From positions 36,489 through 68,488 of the forward strand of contig JAADGI010000014.1 in assembly GCA_013152415.1 (NCBI GenBank): a DNA stretch of 32,000 bases. The letters run 5' to 3'. The position numbers were made by a program, and so were the translations under genes. This document shows, one piece after another, positions 27,325 to 32,000 of this stretch. The stretch is from Gammaproteobacteria bacterium. GTDB taxonomy: Bacteria > Pseudomonadota > Gammaproteobacteria > HyVt-429. The stretch's first letter is position 1, and each line of letters begins with the position of its first letter. Below the pieces are notes generated by a model, which saw only the letters and a list, made by a program, of their open reading frames with translations, searched no databases and was not told the DNA's origin.

Positions 27325-28182
27325 TCAAGCCCGCCGCCCTACTGTAAGATTAACTCCCACATCCATCCAGATACCATTTTCCTTGGCCAGAGGGGCTATC
27401 TCTCTAAGGTGTTCACCCTGAAACTGCAATCGTTTTTTTTCATCTAACTGCAGCAACAGACCCCGAAAACCACTACCCCACAATACATCCCACCAATCCT
27501 CGACCCTTTGAAGGTGGTATCCCACCTGGGCGTGATGTAGCTGCACGTCGCTACAGCTGGCACCCTCTAACAACTTTGTGCAGACAAACTCATCCTGGAG
27601 ACGATCGACCACAAATTGATCCCGCCCTTTTGCTAATTCGACTCCGAACCCCTCTATTCGGTCAAAAAACATACGTTTCATGGGCTGAAACGCACCCTCA
27701 GAAAAACTACTAAAAATAATTCTGCCACCGGGCTTGAGCACGCGCCACCACTCGTGCAGGGCCTGCTGCATATCAGACATGAAAAACAAACCAAAAGAAC
27801 AACACACCGCATCAAAATATCGATCTCGAAACTCCAACTGAGCTCCATCCATACTGAACAAATCGATATTCTCAAGCCCCATCGCTCGACTCTTTTTTTC
27901 CAGAACAGACAACATCCCATCGGCAAGATCAATGGCGCACACCCTGCCTGTGGGGCAAATTCTCTGCGCCACTGCAATAGCCAACGCACCCGTACCCGCA
28001 GCTACATCCAGTACTTTCATGCCTGGTGTCGGCAATAAAATATCCATCATTTTATCTGCACAAAATGGAAACCAGCGTAAGGCTTCCTTGTCATAATCAG
28101 CCGCAACTTGATCAAAGATCGCGATAATTTCCTGCTGATGGGAATCTAATTTTGGTGACTCTTTACTGATTTCTAATGCCAT
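27325..28182 (-). CDS. class I SAM-dependent methyltransferase
   Basis: VLDVAAGTGALA (motif I), FDAVCCSFGLFF and LKPGGRIIFS are Methyltransf_11-type motifs. Confidence 0.85.
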   Translation of the reverse strand: MALEISKESPKLDSHQQEIIAIFDQVAADYDKEALRWFPFCADKMMDILLPTPGMKVLDVAAGTGALAIAVAQRICPTGRVCAIDLADGMLSVLEKKSRAMGLENIDLFSMDGAQLEFRDRYFDAVCCSFGLFFMSDMQQALHEWWRVLKPGGRIIFSSFSEGAFQPMKRMFFDRIEGFGVELAKGRDQFVVDRLQDEFVCTKLLEGASCSDVQLHHAQVGYHLQRVEDWWDVLWGSGFRGLLLQLDEKKRLQFQGEHLREIAPLAKENGIWMDVGVNLTVGRRA

Positions 28183-28277
28183 ATTGATTCACTTATGGGG
28201 ATCTGTAGCCAATATTCGGATAGTTCATGGGGACTGACATTAAGTCTTGGCAATAACCAATTTTACTCACCTTGTTT

Positions 28278-28676
28278 CTATTTCTTCTTCAAGTCAAGCG
28301 CCACCGAATTAATACAGTAACGACGCCCATCGGGTTGTGGACCATCATCAAAGACATGACCCAGGTGTGCTCCACAACGGCTACAAAGTATTTCAGTTCG
28401 CTGCATAGCAAGATCATTATCTTGTCTTTCTTGCACACCCTCTGGTTTTTCGGGTTGGGTAAAACTAGGCCATCCCGTCCCGGAATCAAACTTCGATTCG
28501 GAATTAAATAACGGTGCCCCGCAACAGGCACACCGATAAATTCCCATATCCCTGCAGTCCCAATACTGACCACTAAAGGCCCGCTCAGTACCTTTCTGTC
28601 GACAGACCTGATACTGCTCCTCATTCAGTTGCGCCTTCCACTGGGTGTCTGTCTTTTTAATTTTATTACTCATCAC
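28278..28676 (-). CDS. msrB: peptide-methionine (R)-S-oxide reductase MsrB
   Basis: Two CxxC zinc motifs (CACCGAPLF, CSRCGAHLGHVFDDGP), GTGWPSF and RYCINS form the canonical SelR/MsrB pattern. Confidence 0.95.
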   Translation of the reverse strand: MMSNKIKKTDTQWKAQLNEEQYQVCRQKGTERAFSGQYWDCRDMGIYRCACCGAPLFNSESKFDSGTGWPSFTQPEKPEGVQERQDNDLAMQRTEILCSRCGAHLGHVFDDGPQPDGRRYCINSVALDLKKK

Positions 28677-28961
28677 ACCACCTCAGCTGATCTTTTGAGA
28701 AGCACCGAATAAATCCGTCCACGCAAAAACTCAAACTTTGGATATTTCCTCCAGGATTTGGTCTCAACGACTACAAGACACACTAGCAAACAAAATAGTC
28801 ACTACAGTTAAGTAGCGTAACAGCACAATCACTGAGCAATATCAATGCTATCCCGTTAACCTAAGCTTCATGCACCATAACACCCTGATTGTCGGGACAA
28901 ACAATACGATCAACGATCTTGCAGACATGAGTTTGAACAACTCGACAATCGAAGCCACCCC

Positions 28962-29020
28962 TTCTACCCTACAAGCAGGTATACCTACAATTTGCGGCAT
29001 CCTTTGTGTCTTAGCACCTT
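28962..29020. repeat. intergenic mosaic repeat, partial copy
   Basis: ttctaccctacaag (28962-75) is identical to 18677-90. ttagcacctt (29011-20) is identical to 17434-43. A 10-bp palindrome aggtatacct lies at 28977-86. Confidence 0.4.
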
Positions 29021-29062
29021 TGTGGCGGAAGGCTTACACCGAAGAGATCAAATTCAAGCAAG

Positions 29063-30541
29063 TTAATCGGCCGGAACCGTGCGCCCCTCAGCCCAGGCCC
29101 GTAGGGCGTTGACCTGTTCGGCCATGACCACGGAGAGGGGTCGTGTACGCTCGATCTCATCCAGCAACAGCATAGTGTTGGGTTCCTGGTCATTAGCATG
29201 GGCGGTATACAACACGCTTACAATGGCCTGTTCCAATTCGGCACCGGTGAAACCCTTGGACGCTTCGGCCAGCAAGGCCAAATCAAAATCCGCTTCTGGC
29301 AAACCGCGTTTATGCAGGTGGATATTAAGTATTTGCTGACGAACCCCGGCACCGGGCAGGTCTATAAAGAAAATTTCGTCGAATCGTCCCTTGCGAATCA
29401 ATTCTGGCGGCAGGCTCTTTATGTTATTCGCGGTCGCCACCAGAAACGCAGCAGACTTGTTTTCTGCCATCCAGGTCAGCAATGTGCCCAGTACTCGGCG
29501 CTCCAAACCATCGTCGCTACCCTGGGGGGCCAAACCTTTTTCGATCTCATCCATCCAGAGTACACACGGTGCCATAGCCTCTGCAGTTTGCAGGGCCTCG
29601 CACAAATTGCGTTCTGTCTCTCCATAGTATTTGTTATAGAGTGTGCCAAAATCCAGTCGAAGCAAAGGTGTTCCAAAAATACCGGACACCGCCTTGGCCG
29701 CTAGACTCTTGCCACAACCCTGAACCCCCAACAATAAAATGCCCTTGGGTGAGTCAAGGCCGTCTTGTGCCTTTTTGCCGCCATAAAATGCCTTGCGCTG
29801 ATCCAGCCAGCCCTTGAGCTGGCTGAGCCCTCCGACATCGGCAAAGTGTGCTGTGTCGTATTCAAATGTGAGGGCACCACTCTTGTCCAACAGACGATGC
29901 TTGGCCTTGGCTAGCTTTGGCAGGTCTGCTTGGGTAATCGCACCATCGTCATAAATAGCCTTGCGCGTCAACCGACGCACATCTGAATGGGTCAGGCCAC
30001 GAAGATTGTTTATTAACATCCTCAATGCCTCGGGATCGGCCTTTACATTCTGACCGCCATTTTCAGTTTTCCATTCTACTGCCACGGATTCAACAATCTT
30101 CTTGATGGCCTGGCTATCAGGCAGGCCCAATTCAAATCGGGCGCTATAACGGCGTAACTCATCCGGTAGAACAAGTTTGTGACTTAGCAATACTATGATC
30201 TTTTTAACTTGATCATATTCAGTCGCAATATCCTTCAGACTTCGCACCAAAATGGGGTCTTCCAGATAAGGATGGAAATCGACTAATACGTAGATGCCCG
30301 GTAACTCTGAAGATTTAATATGACCCAGGACATGTATCGGTTCTGCATTATGCTTTTGTGGCGGCATACCGCGGTCGACTCGCGCCAATCCGTCGGTCAC
30401 GGTCCACACCGACAGGGCTACGCCCATTCTTTCTGATAAAGGAGCAAATAATTTTAGCGCACGTTTCTCGTCCTGGCTCTCCACCACCACAATGGGAATG
30501 CGAGCGCGAAACAATAACTCTAAATCATGAATATCTTGCAT
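29063..30541 (-). CDS. AAA+ family ATPase (single classic AAA module with an N-terminal non-ATPase domain)
   Basis: Walker [20 protein letters not shown], Walker [11 protein letters not shown], and the second-region-of-homology-like [29 protein letters not shown]. Confidence 0.85.
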   Translation of the reverse strand: MQDIHDLELLFRARIPIVVVESQDEKRALKLFAPLSERMGVALSVWTVTDGLARVDRGMPPQKHNAEPIHVLGHIKSSELPGIYVLVDFHPYLEDPILVRSLKDIATEYDQVKKIIVLLSHKLVLPDELRRYSARFELGLPDSQAIKKIVESVAVEWKTENGGQNVKADPEALRMLINNLRGLTHSDVRRLTRKAIYDDGAITQADLPKLAKAKHRLLDKSGALTFEYDTAHFADVGGLSQLKGWLDQRKAFYGGKKAQDGLDSPKGILLLGVQGCGKSLAAKAVSGIFGTPLLRLDFGTLYNKYYGETERNLCEALQTAEAMAPCVLWMDEIEKGLAPQGSDDGLERRVLGTLLTWMAENKSAAFLVATANNIKSLPPELIRKGRFDEIFFIDLPGAGVRQQILNIHLHKRGLPEADFDLALLAEASKGFTGAELEQAIVSVLYTAHANDQEPNTMLLLDEIERTRPLSVVMAEQVNALRAWAEGRTVPAD

Positions 30542-30750
30542 AACGGTAAATGAATCACTCTAAAAATAAGCGCTGTCCCACTGAGATTAGTCGATGAGCA
30601 CCAGACACCAAGGGTAACTAATGAACTCATTAGTATATTAAGCCTGGCTATTCTCGAGTGGATTCAAGTTGGGAGGCCTAGGCCCAAATATTCCGGAGCG
30701 TCATATTCAAGGAATTGCCCCGGAATCCAGTTCCTTCAACAACTTTCTGG

Positions 30751-30771
30751 ATGCCGGATCGAGTCCGGCAT
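30751..30771. terminator. perfect 8-bp hairpin ATGCCGGA-tcgag-TCCGGCAT downstream of rnhA (possible terminator, no U-tract)
   Basis: Read directly, about 40 nt past the rnhA stop on the minus strand. Confidence 0.3.
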
Positions 30772-30808
30772 GACGGAGCATGTTAAAAACACATGGCACA
30801 AAAACAAC

Positions 30809-31240
30809 CTACAGCTCATCAATCCCTCGATTGGCCAACACATCAGCCCGTTCATTACCGTCGTGACCAGAATGACCTTTGACCCACTCCCAAGTCACTT
30901 GGTGGGGACGTTCGGCCGCTTCCAGGCGTTGCCACAATTGGGCATTCTTTACGGGTGACTTACTGGCCGTCCTCCAACCACGACGCTTCCAGTTTTCTAT
31001 CCATTCGGTGATGCCCTTTTTAACATAGGTGGAATCGGTAGTAAGGATCACTTCACAAGGCTGATTCAGAGACTCTAAGGCCTTGATCGCAGCCATAAGT
31101 TCCATGCGGTTGTTGGTGGTATCCGCCTCCCCCCCATAGAGTTCCTTTTCCTGTTTACCGGTACGCAGCAATGCCCCCCAGCCACCTGGGCCTGGGTTTC
31201 CACGGCAGGCACCATCGGTAAATATTTCAACCTTGGGCAT
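30809..31240 (-). CDS. rnhA: ribonuclease HI
   Basis: From the ATG at 31238-40: [41 protein letters not shown] and [12 protein letters not shown] are the canonical RNase H1 motifs. The longer track ORF adds 16 non-conserved residues. Confidence 0.95.
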   Translation of the reverse strand: MPKVEIFTDGACRGNPGPGGWGALLRTGKQEKELYGGEADTTNNRMELMAAIKALESLNQPCEVILTTDSTYVKKGITEWIENWKRRGWRTASKSPVKNAQLWQRLEAAERPHQVTWEWVKGHSGHDGNERADVLANRGIDEL

Positions 31241-32000
31241 GCCGCACCCCCCGCGCCACCGGTTCGGCCAGTGGCCGAACCACCGCATTTTTCGTTTTCC
31301 ACTCGGGTCGGATGGGGGTCATGCCCAGTTCTCTTTTCTTGGCTACCAAAATATACACCGCTGCCAACATCGGCCACCAACGATCACCGGCGGGTTCCAG
31401 AAACCGGAGTTTTTCATAGAGCACCGCATTGCCCACAGGGGGGCGGTAATACAACATATTTCCGGCGATCGTCTCAAAATCGAGTAATGCCAACCAATCT
31501 TTGATCCTTGCCAATCTTAGAAACTGACCACACCAGGGTACCTGCTGACGCCGGCCTACCACAGGTAAACGCATCCACTTGCGTATCCCCCACAGACTCA
31601 AAGGGTTAAACCCAATAATGACCACATGGCCCTCGGGCATCAGCACCCGGTCCACCTCACGCAATACACCATGGGGGTCATCGGCAAAATCCAAAGTGTG
31701 GGGCAATACCGCGACATGAATAGATTTGGTGTCAAAGGGCAAGGCATCCGGTTGGGCGCGAACACCCACCTCGTTATGACCTCCACCCCAGGAAGGGTAC
31801 TCAAGAACGATTCGTGTGGCCGCCAGGCTGGCCTGTAAAAAATCGGCATCACCATAACGCCCTATCTGAACGGCAACCGGGCCATAGAGTTTACTCAGCA
31901 CATCTGCCAGTCGATCACCCTCAAGACGCTGCAAAGTCTGGCCCATGGGGCAATGAAACCAGTCAGTGAGCTCCTGGCTCAGATCAACAGCCTTAGCGCA
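31227..32000 (-). CDS. class I SAM-dependent methyltransferase, YafS-like (5' end probably beyond the window)
   Basis: It lies upstream of rnhA and overlaps it by 14 nt, as yafS does in enterics. The reading frame stays open from 31946 to the window edge (..[22 protein letters not shown]..), so the ATG at 31946 may be internal. Confidence 0.8.
   Translation of the reverse strand, partial: CAKAVDLSQELTDWFHCPMGQTLQRLEGDRLADVLSKLYGPVAVQIGRYGDADFLQASLAATRIVLEYPSWGGGHNEVGVRAQPDALPFDTKSIHVAVLPHTLDFADDPHGVLREVDRVLMPEGHVVIIGFNPLSLWGIRKWMRLPVVGRRQQVPWCGQFLRLARIKDWLALLDFETIAGNMLYYRPPVGNAVLYEKLRFLEPAGDRWWPMLAAVYILVAKKRELGMTPIRPEWKTKNAVVRPLAEPVARGVRHAQG

Noticed and set aside
28870-29112. 80-aa plus-strand ORF between msrB and the AAA ATPase.
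   Set aside because: It overlaps the 3' end of the AAA ATPase gene and a copy of the intergenic repeat. It has no RBS or recognisable motif.
30542-30808. Absence of dnaQ next to rnhA, considered as a rearrangement signal.
   Set aside because: The rnhA-dnaQ linkage is common but not universal, so its absence here is not informative. The spacer contains only one hairpin and no mobile-element remnants that I can see.

Overview
This 32-kb chromosomal segment looks gammaproteobacterial on gene content and synteny (cspD-clpS-clpA, icd, mnmA, purB, msrB, YafS-like methyltransferase-rnhA, PomAB-like stator). I support about 29 protein-coding genes. By eye I found no rRNA, tRNA, CRISPR array, transposase or integrase. 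Three blocks stand out. (1) 1-8600 is an accessory-looking cluster, mostly on the minus strand: MFS transporter, lipoprotein, amidohydrolase, isochorismatase-family hydrolase, pirin and a LuxR-type autoinducer receptor with no synthase in view. It is followed by a divergent HxlR regulator and a Sel1-repeat protein. (2) 8704-12247 is the most interesting locus. It is a two-gene minus-strand module directly downstream of clpA. One gene encodes a TIR-domain protein with a transmembrane helix and a periplasmic peptidoglycan-binding domain. The other encodes an 824-aa membrane protein (2 TM, TrkA_N-like Rossmann, RyR domain, C-terminal SLOG-like Rossmann). The logic resembles Thoeris (TIR signal producer plus SLOG-containing effector), but the architectures match no described Thoeris type that I know. 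(3) 12814-32000 is housekeeping core. Within it, an opposite-strand motA-motB-PilZ cassette sits between mnmA and purB, where E. coli has hflD. A second PilZ gene and a short secretin-like gene also lie in this block. A family of mosaic short repeats recurs in at least four intergenic regions. The most complete copy (18548-18732) folds as a 185-nt long hairpin with a 6S-RNA-like outline. All domain calls are motif recognition by eye. No searches or computations were run.
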